A DNA stretch of 64,000 bases. Source: Octopus bimaculoides. Lineage: Eukaryota. Numbering within the stretch: the stretch's first letter is position 1; every line of letters starts with the position of its first letter. A program made the translations under genes and the position numbers. The notes under the pieces were generated by a model. The model had not been told where the DNA came from. It ran no database searches and saw nothing but the letters and a program-made list of their open reading frames with translations. Shown here one piece after another: positions 25,665-38,344 of this stretch. Location of the stretch: assembly GCF_001194135.2 (NCBI RefSeq), contig NC_068992.1:4922094-4986093 (forward strand), in the 5' to 3' direction.

Positions 25665-27123
25665 CTTCGGGTATTAAGATATCTACAGACGTAAATCAAT
25701 ATCAAAACACATTTAGTGCTGAGGTCGAATTCGTTCATAAACTTCCATTTTAAATGCAACTACAAATGCAGCGACGTGATAGCTGCCTAACACACAGATG
25801 GTAATAGGAAAAGATTCGATCACGCTGGTGCATGCGTAATAGAATAAAAGTTCAAAGGGTCAAAGAACAGGTATCAGCTCAGATTATGGCAAATTTATTT
25901 TCTATACAAGATATAGAGTGACAGAATACATAAGGTTTTATAAATCCGAGCAGATCAGAAAGAGTCCACAGAGGGATGGTTATAATATTAGCATTGGATT
26001 CCAGGAATAGGCATGATTTAAGTCTTTAGTATTTAAAGAATGTTTTGTTTTCGCGATAGAAGACCATCACAGGTAAAATCTTAAAACCGAGAAGGAGAAA
26101 GTATATATACATTTACATATGTTTCAAAAATATTTGCGCAATTGGTGTAGTTTTCAGCAAGTTGTCTGCGTCTAACATTATAGTAATGCGTATTCCATCT
26201 TCAGAGAGAAAGCGGTTTGTCACTCGGTAGGAAATGAATATATATAAGGAGTGGTCGATATATGGTAGTAAAGATTGATAAATAATGGTAGATTAATTAA
26301 GGCCAGAAAATAAGGTATACAGTAGGAATGGATAAAGAAAAGCAGTTTAATTATAGTTAAAAGCTACCCCTGTGAGTACGTGCTTATGTGAGTGTATATA
26401 TATATATATATATATAAACAATATATGAGTATATGGATATATATGTACATGTATGTATATACGTTCATCTACATGTACATATAGATACATAACTGGGTAC
26501 ATGACGTGGCAAAAGAACAAGGACAAAATGGTAAACAAAGTGCAACAAACAAGCAGGCCACATAGAAACATCCCCTTCATCAGCTGCCACCATTAAAACT
26601 CCGGCGTTTCGATATATATATATATATAAGCCATAGGTAAGACAAAGACAACATAACAATCGGAATCGAATACAACACAACCTGCGAAGAAGTAGACGAT
26701 AACATAACATAAGCTATAACATAAACATACACTACAGCATAACAAGCGGCAAACAGAACAGAAACAAAGAGAAAGCGAGAATTAAATACAAACAACAGAA
26801 CTCCTTTCAGCTATACAAAGCACGGAAAATAATTGTGTAGGTAAGAGAAGGTGAGAATAAGAAAATGCGTAAAGCTTAACACACAAAGGGATTATGTAGT
26901 CGTAATTAGCCTAGCAGCATTCCAACATACAATTCCCTCTGAAACAAGGAGAGGATTTCAATATATTGTTGGCTGCAGAGAGTTTGCAAGAACTACACCA
27001 ATTATGCAACTATTTTTGTAACAGTTGTAAGGTGACTATACACATTCTTCTCTTTCGGTTAAAAGGATTTATTTGTGATGACCCAATTCTTCATTCTAAC
27101 TGTCATGAATATCAAGCGCTTAC

Positions 27124-27183
27124 ATAATGGCTCTTCCGGGTGTCTATTCACATACTTCGCGAAGTGGATCTGTTGTTGATCTC
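27124..27183 (-). CDS. Candidate symmetric (phase 1-1) 60-nt exon
   Basis: tttaaattacag|...|gtaagc; single open frame (G)DQQQIHFAKYVNRHPEEPL; locally raised GC. No homolog recognised. Confidence 0.3.
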
Positions 27184-27749
27184 CTGTAATTTAAACTGCT
27201 TTATGCATTCATTTCCTTCTATGCATTGTAATTTAATACATATTTCTTTTCAGCAAAGTGCAATAAGCCAATATAATACATTATATATTTAAAGGCGATG
27301 AGCAATATTCAATATTAATTGTGTTTAATTTTTATTCAGATATATTTTGTAATTTCTTTGCAACTCTCAAATAATTATAGGTATTATGCATATTGCCCTG
27401 CGCCTGTGTTTTGTAATTATATGTCTGTTATCAAGTAGATTTATGAAATTATGAACGAGCGTAGATTTTCCGATTGATATTACGGGAACATAGTCGCAAG
27501 TCGACGTTGCAGAAAGCAATTAATTTAGATTCAATTTTGTTGTACGGTTATAATTAGACAATACTTTCAAATATCAACATAGACATGACTAAATAACATC
27601 GAAAACAATGCTTGGATTTTCGGAAGAACCATGTTTACTGTAGAAATTCCAAAGCATAAAAAATATTCATATTGTTTATGTCTCACTTATTTGAAATACA
27701 TTTTACATTGCATTGTGTTATTTTAAACTAAGTTAATCTTAAATAAATG

Positions 27750-28075
27750 GCGCTGATTTGATCTTTGGAATTGAACTGAGCGTTATGCGACATTCAATTT
27801 CATTCAATTCGCGGGTTCGAATCTCAGAGCGGGTGAATTGCGTGTTCATGAGCGAGACATCTAAACTCCACGCGGCTCCAGGAGAAGTTAATGGCGAACT
27901 TCTGCTGACTCTTACACCAGAACTTTCTTTCACTCTTTCTTCCTGCATCTAGAAGCTCACCTGCGCCGGACCGGCGTCCCATCAGGGTGAGGAACCAATG
28001 CGCCAATGAAACCGGGAAACTGGGTCATATTAGACAGCCATGGCTCGAGAAGGAACAAACAACATCAACAACAAC
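27750..28075 (+). mobile_element. tRNA-derived SINE, family 3, with V-SINE-like core and (CAA)n tail
   Basis: B-box GGTTCGAATCTC at 27814-27825, then GTGTTCATGAGCGAGACA (cf. the SINE motif GTGTCCTTGAGCAAGACA), CCTGCGCCGGACCGGCGTCCCATCAGGGTG at 27960-27989, and a CAA-repeat end. Confidence 0.65.
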
Positions 28076-28708
28076 ATTTAATTACCATATATCTCATGTA
28101 ATCTTTTAATCCTATTTGGATATAATTTATCATTCATTCATTATGCCGCATCAGATATATCTTCTTAAATCTTGTTCTAATCCATATCTAAATCTGATAG
28201 GAATTGCAATTAACTTTATATAAATCCAATATCTGAATAATTAAATTTTAGTTATTGGATAAACAGGTGTATCAAATTAGAGCTACGCCATATGATATAA
28301 TTTCGCTAGTTTAATATTGATAAATATTAGCAAAGCCCATGATATGAAACATTTTCTAATTGGTTTACTTTTATATAAAGTCAGAATTTTTGATCCAATA
28401 ACACATTTCCTCAAATAGATTTTAACATACAGATACATGATTATGAAGGATAGCAACTTTAGCAATGATTACGCCTTTAATTTTTCAAAGACTTGTAATC
28501 AGAATGTCATAAACGTAGAATCTGTATCCCTTCTTGTGAATAATATTTTATACAAAGAATATTCTGTTTCGTGAATAAAACGACTGTAACGCAATCTATT
28601 TTAGTGCTGGAAGCACGACTTTATAAATTGTTACTATATATAAAGAATACTTAGATTAATTCACAGAAATGGAACGTTTGACAGGATTCCAAACGAAAAC
28701 CATTTCCT

Positions 28709-28865
28709 TATTTACATTTTCACGGGTATTTGTTCTCATCCTGTTTGTTGTTAACACAACGTTTCGGCTGATATACTCTCCAGCATTCATCAGGAATCTT
28801 GGGGAAATTTCGAACCTGGGTTCTCATTCCTAAAGTGTTTTTCGATGTTGTTGTTGTTGTTGTTG

Positions 28866-28919
<54 letters not shown>

Positions 28920-28991
28920 TTACTGCTTGGAATCGAACTCGGAATCTTGGTGTTAGTAGCCCCCGCTCTTAACCATTATGCCATATGCCCG
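28709..28991 (-). mobile_element. tRNA-headed SINE with (AAT)n(AAC)n spacer and hammerhead-bearing tail
   Basis: A-box TGGCATAATGG (28973-28983) and B-box GTTCGATTCC (28929-28938) in a tRNA-like head at 28917-28990; trinucleotide tract at 28846-28915; tail containing CTGATGA...CGAAACGTT. Confidence 0.8.
28753..28798 (-). ncRNA. Minimal type I hammerhead ribozyme motif (probably degenerate in this copy)
   Basis: 5'-GATTC-CTGATGA-AT-GCTG-GAGAGTATAT-CAGC-C-GAAA-C-GT-T-GTGTT-3': both core blocks, a 4-bp stem II, a palindromic AACGTT stem III and a partly paired stem I. Confidence 0.6.
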
Positions 28992-30587
28992 TCTCAAGAA
29001 AAATACTGCACATGCTTTTTTTTCAAATGTTTCTTACAATGCAAGCCCCGAAATTAGGTATGATAAATATGTGTAGTTAGACAGGTAGTAAGATACACGA
29101 TATTTAATCCCAGCTCCGATTTAAAATCCAGATGAGGTTTACGTTAACCTCACATGTTTGTGTGTGATGAATACCATCAATACATGGCGTTGTATGAGAA
29201 AGAATGTAATATAATGACTTTCAATATGCTGAATGTCATTATACTGAATTTTATTTAGATTATTTTCAAGTAAGCTGAAAATATCAAGCGTGGACTATGA
29301 CGATTAGATATAATATTCATAAATTCCAGATTAATTTTGAACATGACAATTGCTTAAGATTGCTGTACTTTAAAAGAAGAAATTTAATACATAATCAAAT
29401 TTCAGTATATAAAATTTAGTCATTAGAAAAATGCTTGTAGTATACGCGTTTTATACTGAAATTATTGATTTCATTCCCGAAATTGCTTGCATAAATGTCT
29501 TTAAGTTTTACGTATAGGCAACGATTTATATGTGGTTACATTTTAATTTGAAATTGTTATAGAATAATAGTTTTTAACTCATTCATATGTAGTCATTTGC
29601 AGTCTTTGTGAACGCGATATTACGAACTGTATGCGATAAGTAGTGCTTGCTGGTTATCCTCGAATACTTTGAAAATAACACTTAATTTGCAATCTAAATA
29701 ACGCGTCGTATCAGTAATTTACGAGTTCATAATATTTGATGTGAATTATGTTTGTATAAAACCAAGAACCATACAACATATGCTATTGAAGTTGCTGATA
29801 TTCACATAAAATATTCCTGTTTAATTGCAGATGGATTGATGGAATAATATAATTATAGAAACACAAAAAGATATCTGGAAAATAAATGCACATACCATCT
29901 TTCCGATAATCTAAGAAATATCATGCACTCACGTTCCAAACATTTCAATGCAGATTAATAGAAATTTATAGCCTATTCCTGCAATGTTATGCAAATCAAT
30001 GTTAATATCAATAACTGCAAAAACTGAAAATTACATCTATCATTTCAAGAGAAAACCATTTAATAATTTACGAGGGAAGCACAAATCATATTTCATCATG
30101 CATATAATAGAAACCAAATGTTATGGTCGTACTTTCTATAATATCCACCTCGAGAACATATCAAGGCTGACATTTGCAATTGAATATTAGGGTTATAACT
30201 ATAGCGATATACTGAAGTGACTTTTAAAATCTTGCAAAACCTGTATACAAAACCTGCCGTGTGCAGGTTTTGCATATAGAAGTCACAACGAAATTGTACA
30301 GTTACAGAATATAATATATTCAGTCGAACTGCACCAGCTCATAGATTCAAGGTGTTCTTCCATCTAGATATGGATATGACATGATATGATAACCATAGGA
30401 TATATTATAGGCCAAGAGATTTCGTGCTAATTACAGGACCGTGTAGAAGTCTTCGGCCAATTTAAACTATTGTAAATTTCTAGTAATTGCCAACATATAA
30501 GTGGATGCTACGCATCGCTCTTTTTGGGGATGAAACATTGGCCCTGTTGGAATAATTTCGGCCTCCTCACATCAACCCATCATGATA

Positions 30588-31030
30588 CAGTATTTTAAAA
30601 CAGAAAAATGTCTATAATGAAAATGTATTACATAATGTTCATTTCAAGAACTTACTGTACGTTGTTAATACTTCATGTAGCTTCCCTTAGCTTGTATAAT
30701 TGCTTCAGTGTGCCTCAGAAGAGATGCGTACAAATCCTTTACTATCTTCACGGGTGTGAGATTCCATTCTCTGTGGCTGAGTTCCCACAAATCTTCAAGT
30801 TTACGTGGATTCTTCTGACCAACTCTTTTCTTTAGTTCTGTCCACATTTGCACGACGATATTTAAGTCATAGCTCAGAGCAGACTAATCTATTTATATGG
30901 TAACACATTCATCAAACAGACTCCGTTGTGTTGCACGCGATCTATGGCATGGAGCTCCGTCATGGTAAAAAATCTCACCCTCATCCAAGTCTGGTATCTT
31001 TTGTACAGAACTGTAAATACCGTTTTAAGA
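30588..31030 (-). mobile_element. Tc1-like transposon 3' remnant
   Basis: IPDLDEGEIFYHDGAPCHRSRAT (second catalytic D), then a frameshift, then DLNIVVQMWTELKKRVGQKNPRKLEDLW...AIIQAKGSYMKY*. The terminus TA|CAGT is at 30586-30591. Confidence 0.85.
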
Positions 31031-34000
31031 TACAATTTAAAAGAAATTAATTACTCTTATTAAAAATAGTGGTTGGAATTTGTTTATATTCGGAGCAGGA
31101 TCCTAAGTACAGAATGATACTAAAGTCGTGTCACTATAAATATTAGAATACAAAGTATGCAAGCAAATCCACCTAAAGAGATTAGGATTAAACCAATGCT
31201 TCTTCGTAAAATTTGTATTTCTATAAAAAAAAATACAAAGGGAAACCTATGTCTTATTGAGGAAAACTAATAATCGTCTCATCACATAGTTACACTTTTC
31301 TAGCTAACAGTCCGAAATATATCAATATGATTTGACATTGCTAAATTTCGAACATGAAGTCATTGTATGCATATGTTCATATATGTATATGTTACGGTCA
31401 ATACATCTAACAAGTCCCTCAGTACACCGCCATAGCAACATTGATCTTGGAGAGATTATGATTCAAATCTCAGCGTTATTTCATCGGGCGCTCTGAAGTG
31501 TAATTATGGTAGCTGTATATATCATGTATATACATATGTGCGTGTGTGTGTTTGTGTTTGTGTGTGTATATATGCGTGTGTGTGTATATGCGTGTATGTG
31601 TATATGCGTGTGTGTATGTGTGTAAAAACATAATATATATACCGGTATTAAATTAAGAGAAGAAAATGGGGAGTTAGTGGTTAATACTTATTTAATAATA
31701 AATTGATAATATGTACAGAGAGAGAGAGAGAGAGAGAGAGGGGGGAGAGAAAGAGGAGGAGAGAGGGGGAGAGAATCTCTTCTCAGTGAACGCCTAAACC
31801 CTTGTCTGACGATACTCAATAAACTTCTGTATACTTTCTAAGTCTATGTATAATGGATCTATACGACTAAAAAACATACGAATTCAATAGCGATAAAATA
31901 TCTTAGGTTCTTTGTCTGCCACTGATCAACGATAAAATGTTCTAGGAGCTGCAGCCATGTTTCAGATAAGTCTCTTCATTTGCAAAATTCTGTATTGATC
32001 GAATATTTTCTCACCCGTAGTAATTTTACTTCATTTATGTCGACAATATCGCTAATGTCCTTTCTAAATTGATAAAAATCACTTTATTCGACCAAGACTT
32101 TATGTCTATGTGAAAATTAATGTATTAGCTCAAATACATGTGTGCACAAAATATAATATCCTATTAACCGCATTATAAACGAAGTTACCATATTTCGTAT
32201 CGCCTAACAAGTTTAATGTTTGTATATTTTAAAGAAGATATTACATAGCTAAACATTTTACGATCTATGACCTTCATAGACCATTATATTTTTTTTAAAT
32301 ATATATTACTCTGTAATACTTATAATCGGTATTCTTTCTGTAAGAAAGCTCAATAAAATACCTCTTATATTGTAACACCATCAAACAATTAAATATAATT
32401 TCAAAAGATTTCCCTCTTTTATATTATTACACTAATGAACATAGGCCTACATGTTAATTTTGAAATCTTAATGTAGCTCGACGTATAAACCTTTGATATA
32501 TTTCATTGTCGGAGCATAATTTTCTTTATTTTTCTTTAAAACCATAAAACCTTTCTAAAGTAACAAGTAAATTTAGGATAAGCAGGTGAGTTGTTCAAGC
32601 ATTAGGTACTGTATATAAATGAGCCTCATTTCCCGTTTGATCTAGCGAAGCGATTCAGCGACAATTTCCATTAGACGTAGCTAAAAGACGGCAATTTAAA
32701 ATAGTGATGTGATAGATGATCAGTTTGGCCAGTTAAGAAACTCAAGTTAATAACATGCTTAGATCCTGAACAACCAGGTCACCAAAATAGTACAGCTTGA
32801 TATGATAATAAAACAGCCTGTCACATATAGCATTTCGCATCAACCTTTCATGACATTATCTCTATAATTTTATCATATCTTATAATTTCTATTATGAGAA
32901 GTCAAATCATACGTAAGAAGATAAAAGGAGAACTTTGTGAGAGATACCTGCTAATGAAAGCGCTAAAATGATTTTGACAGTTAATCACCCAGTGTGGATA
33001 AACTGAATTTAGGGAGATATATTTATTCATCTTTTATGCTGTATCTGTCATGGAAACGACCGAGAGATATTACAGTTCAATCAGCTTATATCTATTGACA
33101 AAATACTTTATCGATCATGGCTTAAATTGATATTATTTTTCATATTAGCAATGTCAATAATATGCTACTCTTCTAAAAATAGCTCATGATATATATTAAA
33201 TGAAAAACATGCTTTAAACTATTATTCTAATTTTTCTGGTAAAAGTTTTGCAGATTCATTCATTTGAAAAAGCATTTAAGCATAAATTTCCTTCAAGACA
33301 TGATTTCATATTGCATAAAAATAGATAGACAGATGTAAATGAAATAAATAGATAGAACGATTGATAGATAAAAACATTCGAAAAATAACAAATGAGTAAG
33401 TAAGATAATGATATGAGAATTAATATATAGTCACATGTTTTTTGTGATATGTAGCGTTGTATGTGTAGTACTAAAATAACATTCGATTTGTATGGCTAAT
33501 AAAGTGAATGTCATGATCTACTCGGTAATCACCACATAATTTGGTACTGCTAAATGTGGGTTCTATATATCCGTCTCTAGGTATCTGTAAAGTAAATACA
33601 CGTCGACTGCATCAAATCGTAAACAATGAGGAAGTACAAACTAAAGATAGGATATATGAAAATAAAAATCAAAAACAAAAATCAAAAAGTAGGGAAAGAA
33701 ATAATTAACTTTCCACAATGCAATTTGCACAGAGCTATAACTCGCAATTTGTAATTTAGTGGGACAGCTTGAGTAAAAATTAAAATTTTGCGAGAAAAAT
33801 AGAGCAAATGAAACCTTAGAACAAAAAAGATTTGAATTTTAATTCAAAAGCAGAAGAAAATTAAAATTTATGATGACAGCAACAAAGAGCTAAAAGAAAA
33901 AAATAAGTATAGGAAATATTCCTGCTAATCTTAAATGCATATGACAATGTTATCCAAAAGTAAATTTATGACTAAATAAGAGCTATGTTGCATTAAGTGT

Positions 34001-34247
34001 AAAATATAAAATTTACACATATATTTAGATAAACAAATGAGTGAGTCATTCAACATTTTCTGAGATACGCGCGTATTAGAGTGAACAGTAACAGCTTATG
34101 ATAGATGCCTCAGTAGAAATTCAAAATATCACATATCAAAACATATATACATGAATATGCACATATATTATATATGTTGATATGTGTGAGTTTGCTACTC
34201 TCTCTGTGTGTTTATGGAGACAGATATAGACAGAAAAACAGACTGGC

Positions 34248-34294
<47 letters not shown>

Positions 34295-34734
34295 GAGATA
34301 GATAGACATTAAATGTATTCCTATATATCATATTTGTTCAGAAAAAGTACTTTTGGTTTAGGTTCGTGCAATATATGACCCGTAAAATTTGTTGCAGAAA
34401 ATTTATAGAAATATAAGATTCCAAACGGATGTCAACATTTTATGTGCAACAGTTGGCATACTAGCGTCTACTCAAGAATAACCTAACACGATAAAGAAGT
34501 GTTAGGTAGTTCTTGAAAGAAAAAGCGCCCTCTGCTAGGTTGTTTGATACAAGAATACATATTCAAACATTCTAACTGAACAGGCTGTTTGGCAAGATTC
34601 TAAGTTTATTTCACTGAGAAGTTTGCTGAATTTATTTAGTTCCATTTGGCAGGTATCTTTTCAAATCACTGCAATGTTTTATATAGAGAAAACATTTTAT
34701 TAATTGTAAACTGGAAAAAAAATGTTTTCCGCAT

Positions 34735-34880
34735 TAGATTCTTTCAGTCTGCGTCTTCCAAATTCACTCACAAGACTTTGGATGACCCGTGATCATAGGA
34801 GAAGGAAACTTTGCCAGGTGCCACGTAGAGAACCTACACACGACACCATGTATTTGAGAAGCAAAAGTTGTACCACTCAT
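34735..34880 (-). mobile_element. SINE family 1, 5' half, decayed
   Basis: ctttcagtctgcgtcttccaaattcactcacaagactttgg...ccaggtgccacg homologous to the other copies. Confidence 0.7.
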
Positions 34881-35112
34881 TCATTTCTACGCCTATGCGT
34901 TTGTGCGTGTGTGTGTATATGTGTATATATGTGNNNNNNNNNNNNNNNNNNNNNNNNNNNNNNNNNNNNNNNNNNNNNNNNNNNNNNNNNNNNNNNNNNN
35001 NNNNNNNNNNNNNNNNATATATATATATGCAGATCTATATCTATATACATACATACAAATATGCAGCCCTCCCACAGACACAGACACACACAGACACACA
35101 CATATATATATG

Positions 35113-35275
35113 CAGCAGGCTTCATTCAGTTTCCGTCTACTAAATCCAATCACAAGGTTTTAATCAGCCCGAGGCTATAGTAGTAGACACTTGCCCAAGG
35201 TGCCGTGAAGTGGGACTGATCCAGGAACCATGTGGTTAGTAAGCAAGTTACTTACCACACAGTCAGTCCTGCATA
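35113..35275 (-). mobile_element. SINE family 1, 5' half
   Basis: ttcagtttccgtctactaaatcc...cttgcccaaggtgcc...gtgggactgatccaggaaccatgtgg...cttaccacacag. Confidence 0.85.
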
Positions 35276-35310
35276 CTTTTGTAATTGCCTCAGCAACTTA
35301 GCATAGACCT

Positions 35311-35580
35311 TTATTTCTTAATATGGTCCTCCTGAAAACAATCGATATAAATGCTTTTTGTGTTCCAAAAAACTGAGGCCATCACCTTCTTTGAAGATAA
35401 AGTGAGCTTCATCTTCCTTGGAGTAGGTGAGGAGAGGCATCTCCACTGTGTGGACTGTCTATTTGTCTGCGACTCAATGTAAGGAATCCAATACTCATAT
35501 TGCGTTAGGAAACGTTGAAAAAGACCAGCTGGATCTGCCTCAAGCAATGTCAGAATTTCCAGCAGAGTTATCGACTTTGA
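35311..35580 (-). mobile_element. Mariner transposase internal fragment
   Basis: EADPAGLFQRFLTQYEYWIPYIESQTNRQSTQWRCLSSPTPRK...KVMASVFWNTKSI, cf. TxDExWVHHxxPETKRQSMQW...KVMASVFWD. Confidence 0.85.
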
Positions 35581-35614
35581 TCGAAAGAACAATGCTGTTA
35601 TTAATAAGAAGAGG

Positions 35615-36150
35615 GGCAGGCAATATTTATTTGTCTAGTGACTGTAGTGAAAGAAGTATTATGGCTGACCCATTTGAAAGGGCTAAAGACAGGCACTTCC
35701 CTCTTTGCCCAAAGCCCTCACCCACTTTTTCAAGTTTCATTTGAGAAGGAAGGTGAGGGTGGAGAGGGAGGTGTTGCCTTGTAGTAAGTTTGTTGAGAGG
35801 TGGGTGAATGTTGGAAGAATGGCCAGTGTAAAAGAATGGCAAATTTTGTAAGAATGGCCAGTGTGAAATAACCAATTCTGAGCATACACCTGTAAAAAGA
35901 GAATTAAAGAAGGGCTCTTGCCCTGTTGATCAGACACCCGTGGCTTTTGTGGGTTTTCCATGAGGACCTTCAAGCGTTTCCCCTATTAGGAGTTTTAATG
36001 TGTTTAATTTTTTATTGTTATTTATATTGTTTACACGCGGAAAATTCATTGTATTGTACAGTTTTTGTCTTTTATGTTGTTGCATGTCATTTAATGTTAT
36101 TTTATGTGTGCCTTTGTGCCTAATAAAAGAATAAGTTATTAATAAAGGAT
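35615..36150 (+). mobile_element. 5'-truncated LINE 3' end (Tx1/L1-like ORF2 C-terminus and 3' UTR)
   Basis: AIFICLVTVVKEVLWLTHLKGLKTG / FFKFHLRRKVRVEREVLPCSKFVERWVNVGRMASV (one frameshift), then a T-rich UTR ending in AATAAAA. Clade assignment is by recognition only. Confidence 0.6.
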
Positions 36151-37437
36151 TTGGAATTAATCCATGTAGATTTCACAGCTGTAGTACCATTTCCTCATTG
36201 TCAGCATATGAAGTTTTCAGACCACTCTCGCACATCGATTTCCAAGTAGAGCTAAAAAAAAAAAAGACCCCTCGTTAATAATTCGTCAAATGAAAAATTG
36301 AAAATTGAAATAATACAACTTTACGCAGGATGTTGCTACACACGCTTGTGCGCGCGCACGCTTCTCATACGTGGCTTTCTTAATAGCTATTTTCCCGGCT
36401 TTTCATTTCTTTCTGTCGTAGAGAACAAAAGTACATTTGAACTCCGTACGCTAAATATAGCAATAATAGCCAAGTGCTCGTTTACTTATGTAGGTAAGCA
36501 TATATGCATATGTAATTCATGTATAAACGTATGCGCGTCTATGTACATACATATACGCCTGTATGTATAACGTGCGCGTTTATACGCATCTATTCATAGA
36601 TGTATATATATGTGCATATGTATATATGTATATATGATGTTATCACGCACACATATGTTTGTGTGCATCTTTGTTTGTATATATGCATGTGTGTGTGTGT
36701 GTGTATGTGTGTGAGTGTGTGTATGTTGTGTGTGTGTTTATTGCTCTATCTCTTGGTGTTTGTCCAGTAATTGGCCTAAAGTTCGATTAAGAGGGCGATT
36801 TCCTATATGAATTACTGTATGTTAAGAGTTATTTTTCCATTACACATATACTGATAACTTAATTCCAAGGTGGAAACTGTGCGACACTTCTTGACAAGTC
36901 TGATTTACAAATCCCGCTTACGGGATGTTTCTTACAAAACTATATAAATAAATACAATTCTCATAGTCCAGTTATGCTGTAGCTCAATTATAGCTGTAAT
37001 GGGTTAGAAAATCGTCGGAATTCACGGTCGTCATAGCACTGAGAACTATCTTCCAACTTGCTTGTTTTTGTTTTACTGTACATGGATTACATACATTGTA
37101 GTTGCATGCCAATAGGATATATAATCTCTGTAATATTCGCATTTCGATGTTTAATATCTTCACTCTTCACAATACACTTTATGGTCTTTTGTGCTCTCAT
37201 CAAGAAGATATATATTGAAACTTTCAGCCATTAGCTGATGGATGTTTCACATTGACGTTATTCTATGATGTTCTTGCTTATAAATTCATCAACACCATTT
37301 TCTCAGTGACACACCCACACAAACACACACATGTATATATGTTATACTTTTGACAATGTTGTAGTTACAAGTACATCAAAATAAAATAACAGTTACATAG
37401 CTAAATATATACAGATAGACACATGTGTATGTATTCA

Positions 37438-37620
37438 TATAGGGGGAGAAGTCACAAAATAAAAACAAAAGACGAAGACAAGTGGTGTAGACAACAAACA
37501 AATGTATTAGTATAACGCTCAGGAAGTGAAAAAGCCTACGCTCTTTAACAGAAAGGAACACAGAAAGAAATAATGAGAGAAAATAAAGAATGTGTAGTGG
37601 CTAGCGATCTATCATGGCGA
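37438..37620. mobile_element. Second copy of the 18811 repeat family, with the GAAAC core deleted
   Basis: Aligns to 18811-18975 but lacks ~20 nt containing aacgtttcg. Confidence 0.75.
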
Positions 37621-37719
37621 ATATATGTATTTATATACATGTCCATATATATAATATGTATGGGCAAATATAGAAAATATGTATTAGTAGAAAATGTCAC
37701 CACGAAATTTTGTATGTCA

Positions 37720-37819
<100 letters not shown>

Positions 37820-38286
37820 GTGTGCTCACACGTGTGTTTGGGAAAAAATATATATAGCGTGCTACATATATGGTTCTTTTTTGGTATATGATGTAAATGT
37901 ATATCTAAAATATAATGTTTTCATGAGAACATGAATGAGAAGGTAGTTACCCTTTGATTAGAATGAATCAAATGCGCAACATCGTTCAGTTTTCGTAGTT
38001 CAAATATGTAAATTGTTGCATTTGTAGGGCATCGCGCGTGAAATCGTACGAGGCGAACTATAGACAAGTACTTTCATTGCAGAGTAGTTATTGAGCTGCT
38101 GCACAGAGAAGTGACTTGGGGCTAGGCAGCAAACGAGATCAAAGTTAAGATGGCTGATGGTAACATCTCTTACGCTGTAGATGATTAACACAGAATAAAC
38201 AACACTGCAACACACTCTCATGTGTGTTTAATTTAATCTAAACATTCATATTCATGTACACTCATATATATTCATGGATGTATGTA

Positions 38287-38344
<58 letters not shown>

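Noticed and set aside
28917-28990. Possible tRNA gene
   Set aside because: The acceptor and anticodon stems do not pair properly, and it is fused to a repeat body; it is a SINE head.
28845-29057. Poly-Leu ORF resembling a signal peptide
   Set aside because: It is a translation of the (TTG)n(TTA)n tract.
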